Shown here piece by piece: positions 9,421-18,809 of a DNA stretch of 64,000 nt; position 1 is the stretch's first letter, and every line of letters begins with the position of its first letter. The position numbers and the translations under genes were made by a program. The stretch spans positions 12,777 to 76,776 of the forward strand of contig JABIEQ010000002.1 in NCBI GenBank assembly GCA_018651085.1, read 5' to 3'. Source of the stretch: Candidatus Magasanikiibacteriota bacterium. GTDB taxonomy: Bacteria; Patescibacteriota; Patescibacteriia; Magasanikbacterales; UBA922. The notes beneath the pieces are model-generated. The model was not told the DNA's origin and ran no database searches. It saw only the letters and a list, made by a program, of their open reading frames with translations.

Positions 9421-11115
9421 ATGGAAAGCATTTTATCTATACAATTCACTTTTTTTGTTACTGCATTTGTTTCAAACATTCTTCTTGCTGTTGCTGTTTT
9501 TAAAAATCCTACACAAGGTGCAACACATCGTATTTTTGTGTGGCTTACTGTTGTTACATCGTTGTGGGTTTCAGTCATGTATATTTCAGTACAAGATTTT
9601 GCGTATCAATGGAGTCTTATTTTAATTCGTTTGTCTGTATTTTTGGCAGCTCCAATGAGTATGCTCTTTTTTTTATTTTCACATACGATACCTAATGTGA
9701 AAATTCAGTTATCTCGTTGGCGCTTACATTTGTGTTTTATTCTTACGGGAATTTCGATGTTGCTTGCGCTTTCTCCATTTACGTTTTCTGGGGTAGAGCA
9801 TATTGCCGGAGAACTTATCCCTATTCCTGGCCTTGGTTTACTTTTTTTTGTTGTGTTATCTACGGCCTTTAGTCTTAGTGCTACGCTTCTTCTTATTCGG
9901 AAGTTTCTTCATGAAAAAGGAAAGCCTCGGCGGCGTTTCCAACTTATTTTAACAGGTATTTTTTTAATGCTTGGTTTTGTCATTTGTACTATTTTAATTC
10001 CTGTTGTTTTTTTACAAAATAGTACTTTTGTTTCTTTTGCTCCGGTATATACATCATTTTTTCTGATTACGACAGGAATTGCAATTATTCGCTACCAGTT
10101 ATTTAACATTAAGGTTATTGCGACGGAGTCGTTAGTGATTGTCCTTGCTATTATTTTGTTTTTTGAAGGATTATTATCTGGTTCTTTTTTCCAATTGGCA
10201 TATAAATTTTTGTTCGCAGGACTCATTGTTCTTTTGGGTGCTTTTCTTATTAAAAGTGTTAAGCGTGAGATTCAAGAGCGAGAAGAAATTGCTCATTTAG
10301 CAAAATCATTAGAAAAAGCAAACATTCGTCTTCATGAACTTGATCGGCAAAAGACGGAATTTTTGTCTATTGCTTCTCATCAATTGCGTACACCGCTTTC
10401 TATTATTAAAGGGTATATTGAGCTTATTGAAGATGGAGTATATGGGAAAGTTACAAGAAAAATGAAAAAGGTACTTCATGATATGGATGACAGTAATGAA
10501 CGACTGGTTAAGCTTATTGATGAATTTCTTGATATTACACGTATTGAACAAGGACGGACGAAGTTTACTTTTGAAGATAAAGACATGAATGAGCTTATTA
10601 CAAGCGTTGTCCATGAATTAACACCAAAAGCAGATACAAAGAAGTTGAAACTTATTTGGAAACCAACAAAATCAGCATTAACGGTATGTATGGATGAAGA
10701 ACGAGTGCGTCATGTTGTTTTTAATTTTATTGATAATGCTATTAAGTATACAAATAAAGGAAAGGTCCGTGTTATGGTAGAAAAAGAGAAGGAAATAATC
10801 ATTGTGCGTGTACGAGATAGTGGTATTGGGTTTAACAAAGAAGATCAAGCAAGTTTTTTTCATAAGTTTTATCGAGGAGAAAATGTTAAAGGGACAAACA
10901 TTAATGGAACGGGGCTTGGTATTTATGTTGCTCGAAAATTTATTGAAAAGCATAAAGGGGAAGTTTGGGCTGTAAGTCCGGGACTTTCTAAAGGATCTGA
11001 ATTTGGTTTTTCTATACCAATTGCTAAAAAACAAGCAAAAAAGAAACAAGCGTTGGTTGACGACAGTGCTCAGTACGTTGTAAATCAATACGGTGGAAAA
11101 AAGAAAAAGAGGTAA
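9421..11115 (+). CDS. membrane-bound sensor histidine kinase (multi-TM N-terminal sensor, HisKA + HATPase_c)
   Basis: About 7 predicted TM helices, H-box ASHQLRTPLSIIKGY, N/G boxes (DNAIKYT, GTGLGIYVARK); no response regulator adjacent. Confidence 0.8.
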   Translation: MESILSIQFTFFVTAFVSNILLAVAVFKNPTQGATHRIFVWLTVVTSLWVSVMYISVQDFAYQWSLILIRLSVFLAAPMSMLFFLFSHTIPNVKIQLSRWRLHLCFILTGISMLLALSPFTFSGVEHIAGELIPIPGLGLLFFVVLSTAFSLSATLLLIRKFLHEKGKPRRRFQLILTGIFLMLGFVICTILIPVVFLQNSTFVSFAPVYTSFFLITTGIAIIRYQLFNIKVIATESLVIVLAIILFFEGLLSGSFFQLAYKFLFAGLIVLLGAFLIKSVKREIQEREEIAHLAKSLEKANIRLHELDRQKTEFLSIASHQLRTPLSIIKGYIELIEDGVYGKVTRKMKKVLHDMDDSNERLVKLIDEFLDITRIEQGRTKFTFEDKDMNELITSVVHELTPKADTKKLKLIWKPTKSALTVCMDEERVRHVVFNFIDNAIKYTNKGKVRVMVEKEKEIIIVRVRDSGIGFNKEDQASFFHKFYRGENVKGTNINGTGLGIYVARKFIEKHKGEVWAVSPGLSKGSEFGFSIPIAKKQAKKKQALVDDSAQYVVNQYGGKKKKR

Positions 11116-11179
11116 ATCTTGTTTTTCTTTTTTGATTCTTGTACACTAATACTACTATATTACTATTTATTCTTTTTTT

Positions 11180-11683
11180 ATGTTTCAAAAACCATCTTCA
11201 GACATAGCACTTTCACAACGATCTTCTGACGGGACTCCTGATGACGTTGAAACCGTTGTTGGTCCATCTGTTCATGTTCAAGGAGATTTTGCCTCAGAAG
11301 GGAATATTCTTGTGAAGGGGAGTGTATCTGGAAATGTGAAGACCAGTCGACTTTTGACGGTGGAGGAAGGAGCGAGTATCATGGCTAATGTGAAAGCTGG
11401 GGAAGCATTGGTATCAGGTCAGATTCATGGTAATGTGACTGCCTCTACGACTGTTGAACTTACTGCAAGTGCTCGTATCGTTGGAGACATTAAGTGTGCA
11501 AACCTTGTTGTTGAAGCTGGTGCACTTATTTATGGGAAAGTAGCTATGGTTGGTCTCAAGGATCTTGTAGGAGAAAAAAGTGAAAAAAAAAGGACTAGTA
11601 GACGAAAAAAAACACGCACAAGCTTGCCTTCTGAAGCTCATGATGATGTGTCTTCTGAAGAAGACAATATGGGGGATGTATAG
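11180..11683 (+). CDS. bactofilin-family cytoskeletal protein
   Basis: Repetitive beta-helical segments (ILVKGSVSGNV..., IHGNVTAS..., IVGDIKCANLVVEAGALIYGKV) and charged C-tail. Confidence 0.65.
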   Translation: MFQKPSSDIALSQRSSDGTPDDVETVVGPSVHVQGDFASEGNILVKGSVSGNVKTSRLLTVEEGASIMANVKAGEALVSGQIHGNVTASTTVELTASARIVGDIKCANLVVEAGALIYGKVAMVGLKDLVGEKSEKKRTSRRKKTRTSLPSEAHDDVSSEEDNMGDV

Positions 11684-11720
11684 TACTGTTTAGTCCTTAG
11701 TCTTGCGAGATATATCATAT

Positions 11721-12482
11721 ATGTACGTCTATCTCTACGATAGCTTTTTAAAGCACAAAAAATACGATTCCTTAATTAAATCAATGGAAACCAGATTGAC
11801 AGATTTTGGCATCGCTGGTAAGATAATTCGACTTCAACATTTTACGAACACTCAAGCAATCATTGAAGAAGAAATTGCTCGAGGAGCAACGGCCATTGTG
11901 ATTGTAGGAAATGATAAAACGTTTGGACATGTATTGTCTCGTGCAGCATCGTCTTCAATTCTATTTGGTTTTTTACCTGTTGGCCAAGACAATTCTATTG
12001 CTTCGGTTCTTGGTATTCCCGTTGGTGTTGAATCTTGTGATGTGTTATCTCGAAGACGAAAGGTTGATCTTGATGTTGGTTGGTTTAACAATCGTTACTT
12101 TGTTTCTCAACTGCATATTCCTTTGGCTGATATTACGATTCAGTATGATGAAAAGTTTTCAGTGTCATCTAAAAATGGAGGATTAGAACTCGTTGTGTGT
12201 AATTTGCAACCGTTTGTGTGGAAAGAACGTGGTGGTAAAGAATATGTTGTTCATCCGCAAGACGGAAAACTTGAAGCATTTTTACGTCCACTTCTTCATA
12301 AAAGGTTGTTTAGTCACAAGTTTGAAGAACCGAGTATCTTTCCATTTGAAGAGATGATTGTAACGGGAACAAAACCGTTTGTGGTTTCTGCTGATGGGAA
12401 AGAATCTAAAGAAACGAAAATTACTATTCGTCTTGCAAAAAACAGAATACGGATGGTGGTTGGAAAGACTCGACAATTTTAA
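11721..12482 (+). CDS. diacylglycerol/lipid kinase catalytic-domain family protein
   Basis: DAGK_cat-like core (IVIVGNDKTFGHV, cf. GGDGT); ORF-track start 11703 is TTG, first ATG 11721. Confidence 0.45.
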   Translation: MYVYLYDSFLKHKKYDSLIKSMETRLTDFGIAGKIIRLQHFTNTQAIIEEEIARGATAIVIVGNDKTFGHVLSRAASSSILFGFLPVGQDNSIASVLGIPVGVESCDVLSRRRKVDLDVGWFNNRYFVSQLHIPLADITIQYDEKFSVSSKNGGLELVVCNLQPFVWKERGGKEYVVHPQDGKLEAFLRPLLHKRLFSHKFEEPSIFPFEEMIVTGTKPFVVSADGKESKETKITIRLAKNRIRMVVGKTRQF

Positions 12483-12489
12483 AATATAT

Positions 12490-12574
12490 GCGCAGGTGGT
12501 GAAATTGGTAAACACGCTAGCTTGAGGGGCTAGTGCTCTTTTTGAGCTTGGAGGTTCAAGTCCTCTTCTGCGCA
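12490..12574 (+). tRNA. tRNA-Leu (anticodon GAG), long variable arm
   Basis: Cloverleaf folds: acceptor GCGCAGG/CTGCGC, anticodon stem CTAGC/GCTAG with loop TTGAGGG, T-loop GGTTCAAGTCC, class II variable arm. Confidence 0.85.
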
Positions 12575-12577
12575 CTT

Positions 12578-12609
12578 TGAAAGATCGACCGTTGGTCGAT
12601 CTTTTTGTT
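12578..12609 (+). terminator. rho-independent terminator after tRNA-Leu
   Basis: Hairpin aaagatcgaccgttggtcgatcttt followed by T-run. Confidence 0.6.
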
Positions 12610-12764
12610 TTGAGGATAGTTGCTTTGAAGAACGTTGTGGAGTATGATTTGGGGGAAGGTAAAGTGTGGATAGTAAAAGTAAAAATTCTTGATATTACTG
12701 GTTTTTGATCAGGGATTGCTCTTCTTATTTTGAATAAATTAAAAAGTTAAGTTAACAATAAATT

Positions 12765-13382
12765 ATGTTGCCCTTAGACATCAAAGAGGAGTTTGTAAAA
12801 ATTTGGGACATGGCATTGCCGTATCAAGATAAAAGAGATGACAAAGGACATGCTAGAATTGTGACCGAGTATGCTATAAAACTTTGTAGTATTGAAAATG
12901 CAGAGGATAAAATTGTTGTTCCCGCTGCTATTTTGCATGATATTGGTTGGAGTCAACTTTCAAAGAAAGATCGGTTTGTTATATTTAGGCCAGATAAGAC
13001 GCCTGAAATGGAATATGCGGTGCGTATAAAGCATCAGGATGAGGGAGTTAAGTTGGCTGAGAAAATATTAAATAAAGTAGGTTATCCTTCTATTTTTTTA
13101 AAATCAATTTTAGAAATTATTTCGCAACATGATACAAGGAAAAATTTTCTTTCAAACGAAGATGGCGCTATGCGTGATGCTGATAAATTATGGCGATATA
13201 CAAAAGTTGGTTTTGATGCAGATCTGAGGTCTCGAGAATGTTCATTTGAATTTTATTATAAAAGGTTGGAAGATTTTATTGGTAAAGAAAACTTTTTCTA
13301 TTTTGATTCAGCAAGAGATATTGCTATGAAGGAATTAATGGATAGAAAAGAAGATTGTTCTGATAGGATTGATATTATGTAA
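12765..13382 (+). CDS. HD-domain phosphohydrolase
   Basis: HD motif (AAILHDIGW) and downstream His/Asp residues; 205 aa. Confidence 0.6.
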   Translation: MLPLDIKEEFVKIWDMALPYQDKRDDKGHARIVTEYAIKLCSIENAEDKIVVPAAILHDIGWSQLSKKDRFVIFRPDKTPEMEYAVRIKHQDEGVKLAEKILNKVGYPSIFLKSILEIISQHDTRKNFLSNEDGAMRDADKLWRYTKVGFDADLRSRECSFEFYYKRLEDFIGKENFFYFDSARDIAMKELMDRKEDCSDRIDIM

Positions 13383-13742
13383 TACAATTTAACCTCTAAA
13401 TTTGCCCATTTATTTTATATATAGGGTATTTTTGTGTTATTTGTAATACATAGAAGTTTACACGATAGCACAATGTTATGGTGTTTTTTTATTGTATAGA
13501 GGGCCTCTTTGTACTTGACATATTGCTCATTTTTTGTTATGGTCTCCTGTTGTGATTTGATGAGTTTTTTCGATTTTATCAATCAGTTTTTGTATAAATG
13601 AAAATTGATTGGTGAAATCGAAAGTAAAAGCTATGGCCCGGCCTCACAATCGTGTGAGGTGTCGGCATCCTGAATGGACAGGATGGCTCTGATTGTATCA
13701 GAGTGGAGCCACACTGGCTTATAGAAAGAGAAAGAGGTACAT

Positions 13743-14285
13743 ATGTCTCAAGATGAAGAGATCATCTTGACGTGGACCCCAACGGATAAGAACGCTGTGA
13801 TCACGATCAACAGCTTTCCCTTCCCTGACGGAGAAGCTCTGGAGCTGCGGGGGGTGTCTCGAAGGGGGTATCACCTTTTCTTGCCGGAAAAATCTGGCGG
13901 CGAGCTCCCAAAGATCGAGAAGGCCTTCGGCCTCTGGGCAGGCCAGATCATGGCCAAGGTGGAGCGCCGAATCGTGGTTGCGTTTGAGAGAACGCGAATT
14001 GAAGAACACGATGGATTTTATTTCATCGTTCCTCTTCGCCATGATCTGGTGTCAGCAGACACCGACGGGGACACTCTTCACGAGTTCCCTTTCGACCACA
14101 CCGTCTTCACCGCTCGTTCACAGCTCGGGACGTACCATTTTCGGATGGACATTCCCGACGGGAACGTGGAAGATGTTCGGCAGTCATTGATTGCTTGGGC
14201 CGAAGGTCTCGAGTTCGTGTACCTTTATTGGGACGAACTCGTTGCAACCGATGACCCGAAGCACACCCTCCGCATCTCCCTTTGA
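13743..14285 (+). CDS. hypothetical protein encoded in a GC-rich island (about 55% GC versus about 38% background)
   Basis: 180-aa ORF with protein-like composition; long structured 5' leader; no recognisable motif. Confidence 0.5.
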   Translation: MSQDEEIILTWTPTDKNAVITINSFPFPDGEALELRGVSRRGYHLFLPEKSGGELPKIEKAFGLWAGQIMAKVERRIVVAFERTRIEEHDGFYFIVPLRHDLVSADTDGDTLHEFPFDHTVFTARSQLGTYHFRMDIPDGNVEDVRQSLIAWAEGLEFVYLYWDELVATDDPKHTLRISL

Positions 14286-14457
14286 GTCGTCTAGACTTCC
14301 TCGCGAGCTCTCGCGTATACCTGAGCCGGCGCTTCGTATGTCTGTTAGATACGATTGGCTTCTGTCGAGCTGCCATACTAAATGCTCGACACTTCCCTTA
14401 TCACATTCTTTAATCGAAGGATGTGATATAGAAGAATGCTATTCACTCTATTGAATT

Positions 14458-14490
14458 TAAAAATGATCTTCATATGAAGATCATTTTTTG
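14458..14490. terminator. bidirectional intrinsic terminator
   Basis: aaaaatgatcttcatatgaagatcatttttt perfect hairpin flanked by A/T runs, between convergent genes. Confidence 0.65.
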
Positions 14491-14510
14491 TTATTCTTTT
14501 TGTACGTGTA

Positions 14511-15236
14511 TTAAAAGAAGATTATGTTAATCAAAGAAACAGTAATAACTGTTTGAATAAAACTTTTCCAATGGTTTCCTTTTGGAAACATGAAAATGTG
14601 TTGCATACGTACTGGAAGATAGAATGCTCCTAGAAGGATGGTGGTCCCTATGAGGTTTGTAAGAATGTCTGACTCATTAATAGTATAAAATTGATTGGTT
14701 ACAATAGAAAAAAGAATTGCAGATTGTAATATAAGAACTATGGTAGCGATTATATTTTTATAGGAAACCATTGGTGTTTCTTTTTTTGTTTTTGACCGAA
14801 GTGCAATGGTATAAAATAATGGAATACAACTTATAGTAAAAGCAATAAGAATAAAAAATAGGATGCCTCCAAAAAAGGTGTGATAAAATATATCAATAAT
14901 GTTTGGAATATATAATGTTACGATATTTTGTATGACGTAATGGAAAAAAATGAATGCCATGATCATTGGTCCACCAAGATACATCGTGAACATCGTAAGA
15001 AGTGGGTACTCTTTGGTAATTTTTTGCACTCCTTTTTGGTAGTGTGGTGTAAAGGCTAATAGTATGATTGTAATAATAAAAAGGATGGTACTGATTCCTG
15101 GCCAAAAAGAAGTTGTTGGTAAAATAGCTTCTCGTATATAAGGGATTTGTATAATACCTGCAATTCCAATCGCTAAAAGATCAAATAAGTGGAAACGAAT
15201 CCAACTATCTTCGAATATGTCTGTTTCTCTACTCAT
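14511..15236 (-). CDS. polytopic integral membrane protein (6-7 TM), function unknown
   Basis: 241 aa, highly hydrophobic with multiple TM segments; weak CPBP-like FxxxH...N pattern only. Confidence 0.5.
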   Translation of the reverse strand: MSRETDIFEDSWIRFHLFDLLAIGIAGIIQIPYIREAILPTTSFWPGISTILFIITIILLAFTPHYQKGVQKITKEYPLLTMFTMYLGGPMIMAFIFFHYVIQNIVTLYIPNIIDIFYHTFFGGILFFILIAFTISCIPLFYTIALRSKTKKETPMVSYKNIIATIVLILQSAILFSIVTNQFYTINESDILTNLIGTTILLGAFYLPVRMQHIFMFPKGNHWKSFIQTVITVSLINIIFF

Positions 15237-15679
15237 ATTGAATGAAAAAAAGGTATATAAGCGTATATAAAGAGTATAGCATAGTATAATGTTGCAGATT
15301 TATCTTGCTTTCTATATGATAGGAGGACCTTGAATAGTTTTCTTTTCTATGATAAACACTCTATGGGAGTGCATAGAGGAGGGCGTATGTCAGTTTTTGG
15401 TTTGCTTACCGCTTTGGGCGGGTTACTCAAGAAAGGTGGGCTGTCGTGGTTCATCATTGATAGTTTCTTGTGGGCAATCAGATTGTCCCTTCAGACAGTG
15501 AAGTATTTGACGGGGAGTATTTCTCGACGTCTTTTTACCCTGGTCTGGAGGTCGACCGTTGCGTTTTCAGGAATGCCTTATCATTAGGTGTCTTCCTGAG
15601 TGACAAAAACCCCCGGAGAGATGTTGTGCACTCCACGCCTCTCCACTCGTATTTTAGTATATTAATTTTATTTATTTGT

Positions 15680-16840
15680 ATGTCTGTATTTCGTCGTCCG
15701 TTTTTTTGGTTTATCGTTGGAATCGTGGTTATTGTTGTTGGGGCAATTGGATACTCACAAATTGGTGGGGGAGCTGATCAATTAACACAGATTGTAAGTG
15801 AGGATTGGTCAAAAGGACCTCAAGATGCCCCTGTTACAATTGTAGAATATGGTGATTTTCAATGTCCGGCTTGTGCATCGTACTCTGCTTTAATGCAAAG
15901 TGTGCATGAAGAATTTCCAGATGAAGTACAAATTGTTTTTCGTCATTTTCCTCTTCAACAACATCAACATGCTCGTATTGCAGCGTTTGCTGCTGAAGCA
16001 GCTGGGCAACAAGAAAGATTTTTTGAAATGCATGATATGCTTTTTGAACGACAACGAAGTTGGTCAGGAGCAGTTGATCCACGAGAATTGTTTATTTCTT
16101 ATGGAGAGGAACTTGGTTTGAATCGTGATACGTTTATTAAAGATATGGATGCTCGTTCATCTCGACAAAAAGTAGATAAAGATTTTCAAGGGGGAACAGC
16201 GTTAGGTGTTAATTCTACTCCAACCTTCTTTTTAAATGGAGAAAAAATTAAGAACCCATCAGGCTCAGAAGAATTTTCTCTTTTAATTCGAGCTGCACTT
16301 ATTAATGTTGCTGTGTCTGTTGATTCTTCTGAAGGTGAAGAAGTACACGAACATGCTGATTTGAAAATGTATATTAATGGGAATAGTATTGATTTTACTC
16401 AAGAGAAGTATCAATCTAGTGAAGAAAATCCACGTCATGAATACACGCATCTTCATGACGGAAATGGAGATGTGCTTCATAAGCATTTTTCAGCTGTGAC
16501 GCTTGGAGACTTTTTTGAATCTATTGGTATGAGTCTTTCTTCAAGTTGTCTTACTGTTGATACTGGTGAAGAATACTGTACAAACGGACAAAGTAGTTTG
16601 AAGTTTTTTGTAAATGGAGAAGCACGTGGTTCATTACATACATATAGTATTCAAGACCTTGATCAGGTGCTTATTAGTTATGGATCTCCTCATGAAGATG
16701 TCACTGCTCAAATTGCATCAGTGAGTGATGATTCGTGTATTTATTCTGAAGTGTGTCCTGAACGAGGGACGCCCCCTGAAGAATCTTGTGTTGGTGGATT
16801 AGGTACTAGTTGTGGTACTGATCATCCGCATGATGAGTAA
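15680..16840 (+). CDS. DsbA-family thiol:disulfide oxidoreductase with N-terminal TM anchor and His/Cys-rich C-terminal extension
   Basis: TM (FFWFIVGIVVIVVGAIGY), thioredoxin fold with CPAC active site, about 200-aa C-terminal extension rich in His, Glu and Cys; start set at first ATG giving a TM anchor (ORF track extends to 15470). Confidence 0.7.
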   Translation: MSVFRRPFFWFIVGIVVIVVGAIGYSQIGGGADQLTQIVSEDWSKGPQDAPVTIVEYGDFQCPACASYSALMQSVHEEFPDEVQIVFRHFPLQQHQHARIAAFAAEAAGQQERFFEMHDMLFERQRSWSGAVDPRELFISYGEELGLNRDTFIKDMDARSSRQKVDKDFQGGTALGVNSTPTFFLNGEKIKNPSGSEEFSLLIRAALINVAVSVDSSEGEEVHEHADLKMYINGNSIDFTQEKYQSSEENPRHEYTHLHDGNGDVLHKHFSAVTLGDFFESIGMSLSSSCLTVDTGEEYCTNGQSSLKFFVNGEARGSLHTYSIQDLDQVLISYGSPHEDVTAQIASVSDDSCIYSEVCPERGTPPEESCVGGLGTSCGTDHPHDE

Positions 16841-16857
16841 TATTTATTTAACGAAAT

Positions 16858-16892
16858 AAAAAACACCGCATACTGTATGCGGTGTTTTTTTG
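16858..16892. terminator. bidirectional intrinsic terminator (DsbA-like gene / rnpB)
   Basis: aaaaacaccgcatactgtatgcggtgttttttt. Confidence 0.7.
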
Positions 16893-16893
16893 T

Positions 16894-17297
16894 CTTATCT
16901 ATATTGTAAGCCGAATTCTGTTTCCACTAAAAGTGGAGATGATCATTTCTCTAGATCCATTGTTACCAATGGTCTTAAACGAGCTACCTTTTCGAACGCA
17001 CATAATTGCGAACGCTGCTCTTTCTCCAGGTAGGGTTTACCACGTATTCCTGTTGCCAGGATACGAGCGTTGTAGCCTTTTATCTCGAGAGTAAAAAACA
17101 TCAACGCACTTTTCACCTTTTTTTATCCAAAGAATGGATAAGTAGTATTGTCTCTGTGGCACTTTCCCGCGCATAGTGTTGCCACTATACGGGTGGGTGT
17201 TACCCACTACCATGACATATCCCGAAGGATATGGGAGTTCGGACTTTCCTCACCACCCCTTAATGGGAGGGTGCGATCATCGCATGTAGATAAGACT
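16894..17297 (-). ncRNA. rnpB: RNase P RNA (bacterial type A-like)
   Basis: Minus strand has P4 GAGGAAAGUCCGAACUC, GGGUAACACCCACC...GCCACAGAGACAA, ACAGAAUUCGGCUUAC near the 3' end; P1 pairs gucuuaucua with uagauaagac; region about 50% GC. Confidence 0.85.
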
Positions 17298-17356
17298 GAC
17301 ATAATATAGCTTATTTTAGCTCTTTTGTCAAGTTGCTAAACTCCCTTTTTTGGGCT

Positions 17357-18805
17357 ATGATAGAGGTGTTTTTAATACTATACCTTATGAAGCGTTCAGA
17401 AATGCTTCTCATGATTGCGACTGTTCCTGTGGATTTCCTTATGCTCATGTTTGCGGCAGTTTGTTCGTATCAGCTTCGATTTACTGATTGGGCCTTATCT
17501 CTTCGGGCCGTGACATTCGAACTTTCTTTTTCTTCGTTTATACATCTTTCTATTTGGGTGGCGTTATTGTGGTTAGTTATTTTTGCTAGTTTGAAATTAT
17601 ATACACCAGACGCTAACCGTAAACTAGCGAATGATTTTGTGCGGGTTATCACTGGTTGTTTTATTGGTCTTGGTATTGTTGCTATTTACGTTATGTTTAC
17701 GCAACAATTATTTGATTCTCGTTTTCTTGTCATTACAAGTTTTATTTTCTCTGTAGTGTTTGTCCTTTTAGGACGGTTAGTTATGCGGGGGGTAAAATCA
17801 GTGTTATATCGTATGGGCGTTGGGCTTCGTCGGGTGGTTCTTATTGGTGAGGATGCTTCTATTAAAGATATATCTATTGAATTAAATACAAGAAGAGAGT
17901 TGGGATATCGTGTGATAGGAACATTTTCTTCGTTTAGTAAGGCTGTTGAAAAAAAGCTTCTTGATGTATCTACTGATGAAGTAATTTTTGTTCGTCCTAG
18001 ATTTGATGATGAGGCACTTATTTCAGCTATCTCTTTTTGTCACGAGCATCATATTACATTTAAGTATGCAGCAGATTTATTTTCGTCATATGCAAGCCAT
18101 GTGACAGTGCATCCGTTAGCTGGGGTTCCTATTGTTGAACTTAGACGAACACCGCTTGAAGGGTGGGGGCGTGTGGCAAAGCGATTATTTGATATCATTG
18201 TCAGTATTTGCGTATTAGTGTTGTTTTCTCCACTGTATGTATTACTGATTTTTTTGGTTTTTATTGATAGTGGTCGCCCTATTATTTATAAAAATGCTCG
18301 GGTTGGGGTTCGTGGAGCATTGTTTACTGCATATAAGTTCCGATCAATGTATCAAAAGGACTGTACAGGGCCTCAATTTGGAGTTTCAGGCAAAAAAGCA
18401 CTTAAAAAGGAAGAGGAACTCATTGAAAAACAAAATACCCGTGTAGGGCCCATTTATAAGGTTGGGAATGATCCTCGAGTGACTTCGTTTGGCAGGGTCC
18501 TTCGACGTATTAGTCTTGATGAGTTTCCACAGTTTGTGAATGTGCTAAAAGGAGATATGAGTATTGTTGGGCCCCGGCCTCATCAGCCTCGTGAGGTATC
18601 TGGATATATTGAAGAACATAAAAAAGTGTTTACGGTAAAGCCAGGTATCACAGGTCTTTCTCAAATTTCTGGACGAAGTGATTTACTTTATGACGATGAG
18701 GTTCGTCTAGATGTATTTTATATTGAACACTGGAGTTTATTGCTTGATCTTATTATTCTTGTTAAAACCCCATTTATTTTGTTTAGACGCCGACGGGCAT
18801 TGTAA
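17357..18805 (+). CDS. polyprenyl-phosphate glycosyl-1-phosphate transferase (WbaP/bacterial sugar transferase family)
   Basis: N-terminal TM helices and conserved C-terminal sugar-transferase domain ([36 protein letters not shown]); TTG at 17333, first ATG 17357. Confidence 0.8.
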   Translation: MIEVFLILYLMKRSEMLLMIATVPVDFLMLMFAAVCSYQLRFTDWALSLRAVTFELSFSSFIHLSIWVALLWLVIFASLKLYTPDANRKLANDFVRVITGCFIGLGIVAIYVMFTQQLFDSRFLVITSFIFSVVFVLLGRLVMRGVKSVLYRMGVGLRRVVLIGEDASIKDISIELNTRRELGYRVIGTFSSFSKAVEKKLLDVSTDEVIFVRPRFDDEALISAISFCHEHHITFKYAADLFSSYASHVTVHPLAGVPIVELRRTPLEGWGRVAKRLFDIIVSICVLVLFSPLYVLLIFLVFIDSGRPIIYKNARVGVRGALFTAYKFRSMYQKDCTGPQFGVSGKKALKKEEELIEKQNTRVGPIYKVGNDPRVTSFGRVLRRISLDEFPQFVNVLKGDMSIVGPRPHQPREVSGYIEEHKKVFTVKPGITGLSQISGRSDLLYDDEVRLDVFYIEHWSLLLDLIILVKTPFILFRRRRAL

Positions 18806-18809
18806 GTAT

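Noticed and set aside
12282-12575. 97-aa minus-strand ORF
   Set aside because: Antisense to the 3' end of the lipid-kinase-like gene and to tRNA-Leu; a product of chance.
15470-15679. N-terminal extension of the DsbA-like ORF, and the 85-aa ORF 15330-15587
   Set aside because: The extension has non-protein-like composition and no TM or signal logic. The downstream ATG at 15680 gives a canonical TM-anchored DsbA. The region was treated as leader or possible ncRNA instead.
16882-17094. 70-aa plus-strand ORF from the ORF track
   Set aside because: Lies entirely inside the minus-strand RNase P RNA gene (P4 GAGGAAAGUCCGAACUC etc.) and has improbable protein composition.
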